NCBI GenBank assembly: GCA_973895155.1
Contig: OZ316893.1
Coordinates: 7,092,963-7,156,962 of the forward strand
Direction: 5' to 3'
Source: Marsupella aquatica
Lineage: Eukaryota > Plantae > Marchantiophyta
DNA length: 64,000 bases
Under the pieces are notes generated by a model, which worked only from the letters and a program-made list of their open reading frames with translations, had not been told where the DNA came from and did no database searches. The position numbers and the translations under genes are program-made. Within the stretch, counting starts at the first letter, position 1; every line of letters starts with the position of its first letter. Positions 48,818 through 62,086 of this stretch are shown here, one piece after another.

Positions 48818-50169
48818 AACTAGGACCTGGATTTACTACTGGAGATGGAGTTGGCACACTAGATGCAGGTCCTGGGACGAGTGCCAGTAAGGAACGCATC
48901 TCCTCCTGGCTTCTATTTGATTTGAATAGCTCACTTAGTGAGGAGGTTGTCTTTTGTTTCAATCATTTGCTGCCTATAGTGACTTTTCTCAGAAAGTTTC
49001 TCCATATAAACCTCTGCCAAATTGGGTCGAGATGTGACTTGTGATGCAACAGGCCTTTTCAAATGTCTTCTACCCTGGTGGCCCCTATCACCTGTTGGAT
49101 TTGGATCCAGAGTAGATGTAGCTCTTGATGCTTGGCCATCGACAGCAGTGGGATTGGTGTGGGCAGGAGTAGCTGGGGCTGGTTGAGACGGGAGGACCTC
49201 CTCTATGGCTTCACTAGCTTCCTGTTGTGCCTCCATCCTGGTTTCATGGACACCCCCAACTAATCCAGTCCCAAAATCAAACTGAGACTCTTCTCCTTCA
49301 TCGCCCACATCTACAATTGAGATTATTTCACAGAGAAATCATTTTCAAAATCCACAACAAATGAAAAGAGATAGCACTCAAATAGAAAGTTCAAAAAACA
49401 ACTCGAAGTGGATTGAAAACTGCACTTTACATGTTCAATCTGAAATCTTGAGGCCAAATACGAACCAAGCAGGAAGCTTAAAAATTAGCAATCAAGGATG
49501 GATGAATTGAGTACCTCTATGTTGCGACTCATTATCGTGCTCCTGAGGTCTCTCCATGTCACCCTGATCATCCTCATCAGACCCAGGGTCAACATACAAT
49601 TCTGGGAACCCAGGCAATCCTGCCGCTCCTATGCTTGGAGGAGAGACATTGGCCCTTTCTCCATACAAGCAATGCATCCTGGCGAAGTGTGGGCATATTT
49701 TGTCAAGCTTATCCTCCAGTGTGATACCCAACCTAAGCTCAGCCAACATGAGACCAGCTCCCGAGTCCTGTTTCATGGCCAGGGCCTCCTTGTACTTTTT
49801 GACGTAGCGATTGAATCTTTTCCCAAGATTCTCTCCAGTGCATACAAATTTTGGGAACCCCTTCGTATGCAACACAAGGAGCATAATTCTGAAAACTGTT
49901 TTCTTGGAAGGATGCCGTGTCCCTACAGGCAGCCTACAGCTGGAGCCATTCAACATTGCAAAATTATCAGGCTCCTCCAGCCAGTCTACGATCTTGGAGA
50001 GGTGATCAGAAGTGAGCTTATGAGTATCGCCACTACAGGCCTGAACATTTTGAAAGGCGACCATGTCTATCTCTGTGTCTAGCTGCGAGTCAATCACAAA
50101 ATCTGTCACCTGCGAATTGAGTGTTCCTGGAATTGAAGTTTGAGAATCAGGCGAAAATGAATTGGCCAT
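48818..50169 (-). CDS. PIF/Harbinger accessory Myb/SANT-like DNA-binding protein (3' end possibly frameshifted)
   Basis: Exons 50169-49515 and 49310-~48930. IVDWLEEPDNF..KYKEA..KICPHFARMHCLYGER pattern. Lies inside the TIRs, convergent with the transposase. Confidence 0.7.
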
Positions 50170-53100
50170 GGTGCAATCCACTTGCTGGAAATGTACCGGC
50201 AGAAACGCTGGAGATGGTAGTGGGATCGCAGATCATCACAGAGTGGAGTGCGGAGCATGCAAAATGTCTTGGTCAGGCATAGTGCAACGCATCAAGGTTT
50301 GCGGAGTGGTTGAAAAGGCTGAAATATTTTTTCTGCGGGCAACCCTCTAACCACCGTTAAACTAGGCTTTAACCCAAGGTAGAGTGGCCCATGGGCCCTC
50401 TCAAAACAACGCGCCCCTGCACGGATGTGTTCCGAGAATAGGGACCCGGACAGCCTTTCGGACCTCTTTTTTTACGGGCAGAAGTCCGGACACGACGTTG
50501 GAGATAGCATATTTGAGATGCCCTAGTAGAGTCCTGGCTCATTGAGCAAAGTCAAAATTGAGCTCAGCCCATCAAATTGACATAAGGACTATTCGTCATG
50601 GACTGAGCCCTAGAACTCACCCAAATGGACAAGACTCCAATGCCAAGCTGCGCTGCAATTAGGAGGAAAACCGGCTACTACAGATGGACCACCTCCTGGA
50701 ATAAACAGAAAACGGGTTGCAACCGGTATCACTCATTTCACAGGTCACATTTCAAATTGAACGGTTAAAAGTACTATCGGAGTCAAATGTGACGTTTTCC
50801 AGAGGTCTATGGGGGTTCTCGAAATCCATGTGGGCATTTTGGCTTAGGTAGAGGTCCATCGGGCATCCTTTTCTCACAAATCTGTCAGTAAGTTCACAAG
50901 ACAATATGCCCAATCAAATCTCTGGAGGAACAAAATTAGTTCGTGGACCCCTTGGCTAATAAAATCAGGGGGAAGAGTCGATCTGAGCCGTCTCCATTTC
51001 TTATCTCCGGAAATCTCATCCGTACGTCCATCATAATGGCCAATCTATGGCTCAAAAGAAAGATCTCAAATAGATCTATGGATGGGTTATGTCTGTTTTG
51101 CAAATGGGTTAATATTTTTCAAATGAAAAATTAAACAAATCCAAGCCTTCCTAGCCGTCGATTTTGTTGATTTTACGATCTTTGCCGTCCATTTTGTAAT
51201 GCCTCTAGAAATCTTATTCATCCATGTTAGAAGGCGATCTAGGGTGCAAAAGAAAGATCTCAATGAGATCTACGACTGGGTATTTTTTGTTTTGAGAATG
51301 AGTAAATAGTTTTGAGTATAAAATTCGATGAACTTTCAAGATTCCAGCCATTCCTCCTCCCCGATCCTGGGTTTCTATGTGCTCTTCTCAGCATTAATGG
51401 CCGTACAATACGAGAGGTCCTTACATATCGGGAGTTGCGGTTTAACAAGGAAGTTATCTAGTTAGTTATTAGTCATTATTTATTATATGAAAAATACTTT
51501 TTATAAATCTTTGAATTTAAATTTTAAAATTGGAAATGTAACTAAAACGGTTATATAGTGACAGTTTTAGCCGTCTTGCTCTTTGTATTTCCAATGTTTT
51601 TACTTTTCTTTTTACGGCACGGCGTCCCAAAATTTACACCCAAATTGACACAAACACTAATGAAACTATAAGTTTGATTCACAAAACCGACGAGTCTTGT
51701 TTGTTGCGGTTGTTGTTGACGTGGCACACTCTGGTGCCAGGAATTTTGGAAGGGACCTCTCATGGGGTCCATAATGAGATTGTCGCTGTTACTGCAGTCA
51801 CAGTAACTACAAACAAAGAGAGAAGAAGAGCTTCTGAAAATTCCCCAGTCTGCAATTGAGAACTCAACTGGGGACAGAAGGCCATCCAATCCGTGCCAAA
51901 AAATTAATAATCCTCCACATACCAAATCTATTGCACTTCTCCCGTGACTACACAAAACAACTGTGGCTGGATTGGAGGGATCCAGTTTTACCCCGAAGGA
52001 TTACCCAAGTGTGCCACAGACTGAGCATCTTTCATGATGCTCCTCTCGAAGAGGCCCCTAATACATTTTACCGTTTGCTCACTACACTTGATATTTTTTA
52101 GACTAATCGGTAAATGTGTAGGGTAACATCTTGCTGTTTGCTGACTAATTGGTAAATGTGTAGGGTAACCCATCCACAAGAGGGTGTTGAGCTAGGGGGG
52201 GTTATAGCCCATTATCCCCAAGTGGGGATGAGGTACCAAGCATAAAGCCTGAGGTTTTTTCTTTAACCATTCACTTCGTGTTACACTGCAAAGTTTTATT
52301 ATCTATCATTGTCTGTCACTTGCACTTTAATGAATTTCTCTCATTCAAATCTCAGAATCCCAGGCCAGGCTGACATGGGGTTCATGGGGTGATGCCTCAT
52401 AACCATGTATAGGCATACAAAGGGAACAAATTCAGGAGGGGTTTATGAGCAACATGAATGCCGACAACTGCAACGCATATGTCAAAATTTGCGAAAATGC
52501 AGCAAATGGGAAATCTTATGGTCATTACCGAAGGGCTTTGGCACTGGTTTGACAAGCTCTTTTGAATTCCTGACTACATTATTGAGCCATCTAGTCTTCA
52601 CATGTGATGAGTGAAATCAACAAGCAGATCAATAAAAGTAGGTCTTCGTCTTTTGACAGGTCACAATGCTCAAGCCAACATACATGAGATGTAGAAACCC
52701 CAAGGCGACATACATAAGATGTAAAGCCAATCAAAACCCTCTTAATAAGATAGTGCAGGCCCCATCTAGAATATTACTCGGGAAGACTTTCTACTGCGAA
52801 GGGCAAAATTGTAGGGCGTAACCTGTTGTGGTAAAACCTTTCGCGTGCAGCTGTTCTTTTATAACAGAGGTATCAACATAAAACACAAAGGCCCTCTGCT
52901 CTGTTTTGAAATTGTTACCGCACCATGACACTCCTGTAGCTGTTAAACAATTAAGCTGTAATTTGACACTGGACAAACTTTTGCACCTCTCTCTCGCGGC
53001 TTCCAATTCGTGAACTATAAATAAAGGATGGGTAGCACAGTCCACCGTAGACTGAGCGACACAAACGAACCCAACTGACACAGAATACAGGAATGAGGAG

Positions 53101-54218
53101 ATCACATCAGATATACCAATTCAATAATAATATGACGATCTCCATGTTCGTACGTCACTGAGTTACAGAAGAGAAGACAAGAGATGGCTAAAATGCATGA
53201 AGCGGGACACAAGGCTGCACAAACAAAACGAATCTTACACATCAATTGGAGTAGTCATGTACAATGAATTTGGACTCAATCCCAGCAAAGGCAAAGCCAA
53301 ACATCTTCAGATCGATGCCAGATTTGTTGCTAATGTGGATGTAGAGTTTCAGTAGACGACGAGGAAAGACCATAAATGCTGTAAAGCAATCCACTCTTAG
53401 CCATCCCGAGAGACGAAAATATTTCATCAATTGAAGCTAAGGAACAATCTTTTATGGCGGCACGTACTAATTTTCCAGATGAATTTACCCATTCGTAAAT
53501 CGATGAGCATTCTAGCACGAAGAAGAAATCAAGGCATATGGCAGTACTTACAGATTTATCCAATCTACTCACAAATATTTTTCAAGATACTCTTACATGT
53601 TCCACTCTCTCACCATCAGTAGAACGCTTGCAGCCATATAGGTTCACATCTCTCTCAGATCCGTTCTACCTCTAGCTTCCAATTCGAAATGGAAAACATT
53701 ATCCAATAGTTGTGCTCAGTAACAGCGCAATCTCCACTTCCACGAATACTGTTAATATGCCTCTACCTTCCATCAATTTCCTCCCGATGTCAATAGAAAT
53801 AAGAAGGAGAACTAGAGTCTGTACTACATTCTTGATAGAAAACTAAATACAATCGATTGGCTGACCTCTCTGTTCTTCAGAATTTCCGCAATGAAGAGAT
53901 TTGCATGAGAGTCAAGAGGGGCAGGCTTCCTGGTGTAGACAAAGATATTCTTTCACGTACTGTGACTATAGTCAAGTGGAGACAGAGCTATGTATCTAGA
54001 ACGTAATCCAGCTTGATAAATCAAGCTAGAATTGTCTCCTGATGCTGGAGTGCACATGAACCTTTAGCGTCCTAAAACCAGATGCCCCTTTGTCATCATG
54101 CGTATTCCAATGTCCACCAGAACCGACCAAGCGAAATCCCATAATTCATGCATGTAGCTACCTCCAGCCTCGCAGCTCTGGAGCAATAAATATTAGGCAA
54201 GGTTTCGAAAAGAACCGT

Positions 54219-54521
54219 TCAACTCTTGAACTTGTTGGCCCAACGCTTCTTGTTGGACTCCTTGGTAGATTGATACTTGCGGTAGTACCATATCCCGGCC
54301 ATCAATAGCACTAGAGCATCATCCAAGAAGCCGAACACCCCGAACACGGCCTCCGGAATCAGATCCAGAGGAGACAGGACGTACAACGCGGCGCCGACCA
54401 TCATGATCCAATCTCTAGTGCCCTTGAGTACCGGTTCTGCTTGGTTTGGATCGATATTGAATTTCTTGGCAATCTCATTCGGGGCCATGTTTAGCTGATC
54501 CGCTATCCTCTGCGGGTCCAT
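54219..54521 (-). CDS. Small DUF1232 (YkvA-like) membrane protein, 100 aa
   Basis: Signature LYVLSPLDLIPEAVFGVFGFLDD flanked by hydrophobic segments. Splice acceptor-like site ~50 bp upstream of the ATG. Confidence 0.85.
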   Translation of the reverse strand: MDPQRIADQLNMAPNEIAKKFNIDPNQAEPVLKGTRDWIMMVGAALYVLSPLDLIPEAVFGVFGFLDDALVLLMAGIWYYRKYQSTKESNKKRWANKFKS

Positions 54522-55608
54522 GGTTTCCGAGCTTCCGGGCTGTCTATCGAGAAGACTTGGTAACCAGACTGAAAGTACAACCTGTCACAAATTCCAAGAA
54601 TGAGTAAAACTCTAAATCGTCCAGACCGTCAACAGACCCACAACAAGCGCGGCGGCTGGCACGAACATTTAGACGATCCACCACAAGTAAAGCAATCCAA
54701 GCCAATCCATCCCAGCTTCGAGCTCCGAATCTACTCTAAGTGGTGCTCCTCACCTGCTCTTCACCGTGGAGAGCGAGCTCCAATCAAGTCGGAGCTGCAC
54801 AGCGAATTTGTCTCGAGTTCGCTTACTAGATTCGAAAGCAATCACCAATTGGGTAGCGAACAGCGCAAATTAACCTCGACACAAATTGCTATCGCGCTCC
54901 TCCTGTTCACCCCCACTAACAAAGCTCTAGTTTCATGGATTTTGCCCAATAATTGCAATTCGCTCTCTCCTCTGAAAACTCGGGGATAGACTGCAGCTTT
55001 GGAAGGGAGACTGGCAGAGACAACGGTGTCCAATTCGCTCAGGATTGGTGATGAGACTGCTGCACACTCCACACGACGGATTCTCTTGGACAGGCGGAGG
55101 GTCGGCCGGTTGCTTTGCGAGATCTCCTGCTTGGCCAGTTCCGCTTCTCCGTGGGAAAATATCTGCCAATTCTCTGTGGACGCGTGTTGTTGCTTTTCGG
55201 ACCATGAACACGTGTAGGCGAACTGTGCGAGGTGGGAGGGTGGTGTCCAGGTAAGCAGACCGTCCAGGACAAAACTCAAAAAGCAGGATTGATCACTATG
55301 TGAGAAATTTGATGGGTGGGTCAAGTGAAACAGGTTTGGACTTGCCCTACAAAAGAGGGGTCAGAGGGGTCCAGACCCTGTCCTCCGTCACACCACCAGT
55401 CACCTGGGGTTGGGCCGGGTGGGGTGGCAGGGCCGGGAGGGGTTCGGGAGAGTTCGGGACCGGCCGGGGAATATAGGCGAATATATGACATTTGGCCCCT
55501 TTTGGAACCGGAATCTGGTGAGTTGTCATGTCAAACAACAGGTAAACATGCCTGTCAGTTCAACCGGGCCAGTGAACAAATAGTAGCTTTGTGAGGCAAA
55601 GTTTTGGA

Positions 55609-55697
55609 GTCCAGTGAGTATCCATCAGCAGTAGCAAAGACATGGGCTTCACGGATGTTCAGTCAAACATCGGCCAACAACGATGACCACTGCAAAT
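55609..55697 (-). pseudogene. Isolated copy of kinase exon 6 (ACT domain) with its splice acceptor
   Basis: gtccagtgagtatccatca..catgggcttcacggatgttcagtc..catcggccaacaa..ctgcaaat matches 5906-5994. Confidence 0.88.
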
Positions 55698-56725
55698 GTT
55701 GCAAGGTGGTGTGATAAGCCGCCCACTCAGTCTACTATATGGGAAGTTTCAGCCCACATATAACACTTAATTTAGCCACTCCCCATAACTTTTGATGTAT
55801 GAAGGGGTTGTTGTGCAATTTAGGGTGGCAGAGCGCACTCTCCGTTGGGCAAGAGTGCACTAAACTTTCTTGTGTGTTCCTGATTCAAGGCAAATTGAGG
55901 GGGTACTATCTGCTGTCACTAGCTTTACACTTTCATTACCATAAAACATAGCCTTTTTGGTGAGACCCAAAAAACCATGGAAGGGTGGAGATCTAAGCAA
56001 TGCAATTGCTTTAGTTGAATAAGTACTAAGCATTAATGCCATCCATACCGCATTTATATCATTACAAGGCTAGTGCATCTAAATCTTTATTATAGAATCA
56101 GATATGTCTTGTGTTGACTATTCGCTCATTAAATTTCAAAATGCAAACTTAGATTCCTTTGCACCTTTGATTAGTGATTTCTAAGCACCATTAGAAAGCC
56201 CTCGCGCCCATGTATCCGTTGAGCCCACAACCTCTGAGTTTTGTGCGATGGAACTCCGGAAACCCACTAACTCTAAACACTGGAAAAATCATTATAAAAA
56301 CACATCTTCACCTCCCAAGAATGTTCTGATACCAATTGTTAAGCAAACGTTACATTCATGATCTACGACAAGCGCATGATCAACCAACGCACAAGTAGTC
56401 AACATAGAGAGATATGTGATTTACCTTAGCTAAGGCTATCTACAAGAACACACAAGAGATTTATCGCACTCTAGGTCTACTCGAGGTTTGTCGATCATAC
56501 ACATATTTGTCGGTCAAATTCTGCTTGTTTACAAAGTCCGTGTCACTTTTTGTCTCTTTCTCAAATCAAAGATTGGGACTTGAATGGCCTGAAACTTTCC
56601 AGCCGTTGACATTGAATATGCTGAAATGCCCTTCCAGACTGTCAGGAGGGGGTTGAGGCATGAAAGTCATTCAGTCATTCATCATTACACTTAAAGGGCC
56701 AATGTTTTGAGCACCATCACATGCA

Positions 56726-56905
56726 GAGGTATTCGCTTGATCAACCCCCAAAATGAATGAAAGTTGTTACTTGATAAACCCCCTGAGGTCTATCAACGGT
56801 CCAGATCTGACAAAAGGTCCATCAACAGCCCAGATTGGAGAAAAGTATGGAGGGGGTTGATTAAGCAAACTTTTCCAAGAAGGGGGTCTACTAAGCATAT
56901 CTCTC
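56726..56905. mobile_element. Mutator-like MITE
   Basis: ~24-bp imperfect TIRs starting GAG. Perfect 9-bp TSD tcacatgca (56717-56725 / 56906-56914). Confidence 0.85.
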
Positions 56906-59900
56906 TCACATGCAAGATGTCCCAAAGTCATGTGGCTTTGAGTGGAGGTTATCTGTGGGCATGGCTAGGTTGTGGAACTCCAGCTCCTGTATGTTGTTGG
57001 GTAAACAGAAGTATCAATTTAATGGTTCCTAGTAGGAAGTACATCGTGAATAAACAACCATAGTTACCCTTCTCTAAGTGCATGCTCTTGGGAAGACAGA
57101 TCCAACATGCACTAAACCAGGTGTTACTAAAGGCTTGTTTTCCTTGATAAGTGCACACGCCCTAAAAAGAAGTGCACTTATCAGTTTGTATAAATGATTT
57201 ACAACCCTTTGTTAAATGTGTAATGGCTATAGGTATTGTAAGTAAAATTGCACACATTCATCAATCATGGCTGCCTCAAGAGTGTAAAGCATCAGGCACA
57301 TCATTCACCAATCATGGGAGACTCAAGAGTGTAAGTAATCAGGCACCTGTGAGCAGCACTGCTGCACGAAACACGATAGCAGCACCCCGCCGCTGCCATA
57401 GTCTAAATGTGTATCCATGATGTTTATTCGTGCTGTTGTAAAATCCGTACCATTACGTAGATCGAATTCTGATGAACTTCTTGACTGGCTCGCCAGAGAC
57501 CAATTTGTCGGTTAAGTACCTCGATCACCCCTTCTACACTACACGGTCCAAGCGAGTATGTGTTGTTTGTGGCTTCCGCGGAGGTGGTGCTCACCCTGTA
57601 TATAGGCTTGTTTGTGACTTTAGGAAGTCTTCAAATGGTCATATATGTCGCTGGTGACACAGTTATGCCTAATTGCAGTGCGGTCAGATAATCATTCCAT
57701 ATCTCAGTCCTGATGACAGAGGCGTATAATAATGTAAGCTGAGTGAGCGTCCAACGATTGCTTTTAGTTAACGGACCCTTCCCAAACCAGCTCGAGAAAG
57801 CTGAAGCTTGCCACTGGCAACTGGCACGTGAAGGTCCTGATCCAAGGTTTGTGTAAGATTGCATTGTTGCCTTGGGATACTCTGGAATAGTCTTTTGCAC
57901 CGTCCACACTACCTGTGCATTTCGAATTTTCAAAGAAGCACTGTCCTTTTCATACATGGACAATGCTCATTCATTGCATGTGTACACTCTGTACTTCAAA
58001 ATGATCACAAACCTTCTTGCCGGTGTCGTACGTCAATGTGCTGCCGTGGTTCTCATTTGGCCGTGTTGCCCAACTTCCTGATGAAAATCTTCGTTCTACT
58101 TTGAACTTAAACCGCCACTGGCCCTAAAAACCCAGAAAAGCCAAAGTTGGGTCAGTTCATTCCTGGCCTGCTAAGGCTCGCGACCCCAGCTAGAGCCTCG
58201 TCACTATTTTTCAATCATGGCGTGAAACTTTCGATCGTCAGACATCATCTATCATGTCGTGAAATCCGGCGTGAAATTGTGATTTGTCGGAGGCTAGCCA
58301 TCTGGAAGATCTTACTACACCATGCAGTCCCCTTGCAGCGATTGGAATTCTAATTCCTGCGGCGAAACTACAGTGACCACATTGGCTACTATGTCTATCG
58401 GAATCGCTAGACTGCTCCGTTTTCAGCCGGTACAAAGTACAAGAGTCTTCTGTATCGGTGCTTTCACTCTGTAAAAAGCTTCCTGTTCTAGGAAAGGGTA
58501 CAAGATTCTTACATCTACACGAACGAGTAGATCACATACAAATGACCGATGAAGAAAAGCCACAACAAAAGCGATGTGAGAATTGCGAACAGTCGAGCGA
58601 GAAATAGTTTACTCAGCCATCAAATTTCTTCGCTCCACTCATGTGGTTAAAAATTAAGAAGGGAGAAATTTTGAGTGACTGGGACTGGATACCTTCATTC
58701 CAGGTGCATGGCAACGAAACATCTTCCGCGGGATATTGTTGGAACAGTTCAAGAATTTACATTGTTAACCTGAAGATGAAGGAAGGTGATTTGTTAATTC
58801 TTTGATTGATTGATTAGAGTCGGTTCCCTGTCACTTCCCGTCAAGAGTTTGCATTATTAACCTGAAGATGAAAAAACTAAGATGCTTTGTAGATTCCAGT
58901 AAATGATTGGAAGCATCTATCACCTCTCTCTGCTTTCGAACATTGTGAAACGATGGTGATGGGTAAGATCAGGATTCAGGAGGATTCAGGACGGTAAAAG
59001 CTTTCGAGTGGTGCTTTCCCCAGATTGACCTAAGCAATCATTTTAACGAAGTCAGTCCCTTGCTTTCTATATGACTAGGCAGTATTGTGTTGAGAATAAG
59101 TACGCCTGTCGTATGGAAACCCAAACTGTTCTCAAGCCCATCGTCAATTTTGTATGACGAAAGGCTGGGATGCATGAGAATGTTTAGTTCGATTCCAGTG
59201 ACTCAAAAATTAAAAAAACAATAACCACTTCCCACCATAGTTTGAACAACGATTCGCAAGAATTCCCGAGCACAAGTGGCACCACTTCGTTGGGTCTCTT
59301 CCCCAAGAAGTTTGAACAACGATTCCTTGCGATGGTCAGACAGCCGACAGTGACGAGCATTGTTCCGACAACAGACACTGCTGTGGATCTGTTATCACGA
59401 CTCAGTCCCCCGCTCATCCCTGATTTGATGATATATAACTGGCGGGCACTTTGAAAAGTGCAAGTGTAGGGGTCGACGTAGGTGGTAGCCGAAGGCCGAG
59501 CCGAAAAAGGCAGACTACTATACTTCCTTGAAGAGATTCACACTGCCTCCCCTCAAAACTGTGGGTGCTTTGAGAGAACATGTAGTTCTCAAAATTTGCC
59601 GGTGCGCATGATTAAACAGTATCTTGAGCCAAGCTGACAAACTTCCATTCCAGTATCGAAACTGAAGTTTCCCAAGCGTGGATATACAACTACAGCATGA
59701 AGAGAAAAGGCACTACAACATCAAGGCTACCTCCTTACCCGCCCCTTCCCTCCGTAATTGACGCTTCCGAATGTTGGGGATTATAAATGTTCGTCCGGAT
59801 TAAACTTGTTCGTAGGCATAGTGAATTTTACAAACTTCATTGCAAAATATCGTAAGTCCATCACTGCAGGCATATTGCAAAAAGTCAAAATAGGGTGTTT

Positions 59901-60127
59901 ATTATATATTAAGCTGAAAAAGGCGGGAAGGCACTAGAAACTTTCTTGGGCACAACTTGCGCCATAGGTGTGATATTTAACTCATCATCAGATTCAAAAC
60001 TATCAGTTAAATAACAGATTACACACCAATATCATAGAGAGTAAGAACTTCAGATGATGAGCTACATATGGCACAGGGGAGTCATTACATTTCAAAGCAG
60101 CGCTTCAACCGAGTTTCAAAAGTTCGT

Positions 60128-60664
60128 TTCGTGCTCGAGTTTCATGGGCAACAAGAAAATTACATAGTCCCAGGTAGAGCATCGTGCATCAGCCACCCGG
60201 GGAGTAGACAACTAGATTACATAGTACCAGGTAGAGCTTCACCGTATCGTGCATCAGCCACCCGGGGAGTAGACAACGAGATTACATAGTCCCAGGTAGA
60301 GCTTCACCGTATCGTGCATCACCCACCCGGGGAGTAGACAACGAGACATTCGTGCTCGAGTTTCATGGGCAACAAGACAATTACATAGTCCCAGGTAGAG
60401 CATCGTGCATCAGCCACCCGGGGAGTAGACAACGAGATTACATAGTCCCAGGTAGAGCTTCACCGTATCGTGCATCAGCCACCCGGGGAGTAGACAACGA
60501 GACATTCGTGCTCGAGTTTCATGGGCAACAAGAAAATTACATAGTCCCAGGTAGAGCATCGTGCATCGGCCACCCGGGGAGTAGACAACGAGATTACATA
60601 GTCCCAGGTAGAGCTTCACCGTATCGTGCATCAGCCACCCGGGGAGTAGACAACGAGACATTCG
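60128..60664. repeat. Higher-order tandem repeat (156-bp unit built from ~56- and 65-bp subunits)
   Basis: ttcgtgctcgagtttcatgggc starts at 60128, 60349 and 60505. The core attacatagtcccaggtagagc..gccacccggggagtagacaac occurs 7 times. Confidence 0.92.
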
Positions 60665-61351
60665 AAGGACCACATGCATCTAACACAGAACCAGACAATA
60701 CAAGCGAATTGAACTTGCAATGTGAAGCAGACATGCGAGAACCGGGTGCTTTATATCCTTTCCAGCAGAGTACAAAAATACACTCGGTTCAATGCGGAAA
60801 ACAGAAAACAGATAGAAGTGGGTGACAGTACCGGCTCACCTCAACATTCCATCAAGTAGGCTTATGAACGCAAGGCAGACAGAAGTGGGTGAAACGAGCC
60901 CACCTCAAACTTCTACCGACTTCGCTCAGACGAACTACTGTAGGCTGGTGACTACACATGCTACCACAGCTTCAGAGTACGTCCAACAGTTCAGAAGAAC
61001 GTACCAACATCTTACTAAATCGTCACGTAGGTCTTGACTGTTTGACAGCGGGTGACTTCGGTTATATCACCTCGGCACTACGACAAGACGGAGGACGGTT
61101 TCTCTCCAAAAACACGAAAAGCTTATCATAATATTATACTAAGCGGGTGGCTGTGAAGCACACCACTGCCTCCTCTAACATCAAACTACATTCACCACCT
61201 GCTCTTATCGTGAGTCAACGTTCGGATCACTCTCATCGACTCAAGAGTATAACTAGAATCGATATTAGCTCAAGTCCTGTCAAATCCACCGCATTCTCTA
61301 TCAGCTGGGACAAAAGCCTCGATTGGGGCGATCCACATTCAAGCCTGGATT

Positions 61352-62086
61352 CTAGAAATTGGATCCTGAATAGGTTTGACCGTAGCTCCACCCTGATCCG
61401 ACACAGTTGTTGCTGTAAGAGGTCCTTCCATCGCTGCCCATGACTTGGAATGACAGGGTCTGTCCATCGAGAACTGTACCAGTGGAGAAGTTCACACCCC
61501 AAGTCCTCGACAGGGTGATCCAGTAGCCCGACTTCGAACCCTTCACAGAAACCGAGCTAAGGTCTCCAGACCCTCCCACGTTATAGACGAGCACAAAGAA
61601 GTAATAAGTGTGGCCTTGAATCCAGAATTTGATACCTCCACTTCTGCTACATGAAACCTTCTGGAATGACAATGGCACATGTCCTGCTGAGATGGTAGCA
61701 ATCCTGGCGAATGCCGGATACGATAGATCGAAATGCTCTTTCGGGGCGTCGCACCATCCTCCGTAGCTGCCTTGGGGACAATTGTTCGTGGCTGTGACAG
61801 TAACGGAGCCGCCATTGCAAGCACTGGCACCACTGCATGTGATAGTGTAGCAGGCGCCACAGGCTCGACCGCTATTGAACAGAGCGTTGCTCAAAGCAGT
61901 GGTATAAGAACCGTACCCAAGGGAGTACAAATTGGTGTACCCGCATGCACCATTGTTTGTGCCCTGAGCGTCCTGTCCCCCGTAGTAAGTCGCAGTGGCT
62001 GATCCCGCTTCCACACTGACAATTGCCTGCTGTGCTAACAGCACAGAGAGAACTGTGACAATGGCAACAGCGACTCTTCCAGCCAT
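61352..62086 (-). CDS. Alpha-expansin, intronless
   Basis: Signal peptide, ATYYGG.DAQGT..GACGY, CGACY, TATN.CP, HFDLS, VYNVGGSGD, conserved C-terminal Trp residues. TATA-like tatataaa on the minus strand at ~62216-62223. Confidence 0.95.
   Translation of the reverse strand: MAGRVAVAIVTVLSVLLAQQAIVSVEAGSATATYYGGQDAQGTNNGACGYTNLYSLGYGSYTTALSNALFNSGRACGACYTITCSGASACNGGSVTVTATNNCPQGSYGGWCDAPKEHFDLSYPAFARIATISAGHVPLSFQKVSCSRSGGIKFWIQGHTYYFFVLVYNVGGSGDLSSVSVKGSKSGYWITLSRTWGVNFSTGTVLDGQTLSFQVMGSDGRTSYSNNCVGSGWSYGQTYSGSNF

Larger units (their letters stand above)
45014..50524. mobile_element. PIF/Harbinger DNA transposon (two convergent genes)
   Basis: TIRs agggcgtctcaaatatg / catatttgagatgccct (1 mismatch). 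TSD readable as AGT, or as TAGTA if the ends are 45015/50523. Confidence 0.9.

Noticed and set aside
54600-55324. Overlapping 130-160-aa ORFs upstream of the DUF1232 gene
   Set aside because: No recognisable domain. Likely UTR, intron or promoter sequence.
57145-57183. 12-bp perfect hairpin tgataagtgcac..gtgcacttatca
   Set aside because: Isolated, too short for a miRNA precursor, and no TSD seen.
60352-60825. 157-aa repeat protein
   Set aside because: A by-product of a 156-bp unit that is a multiple of three. Non-ATG start and no codon-level signal.
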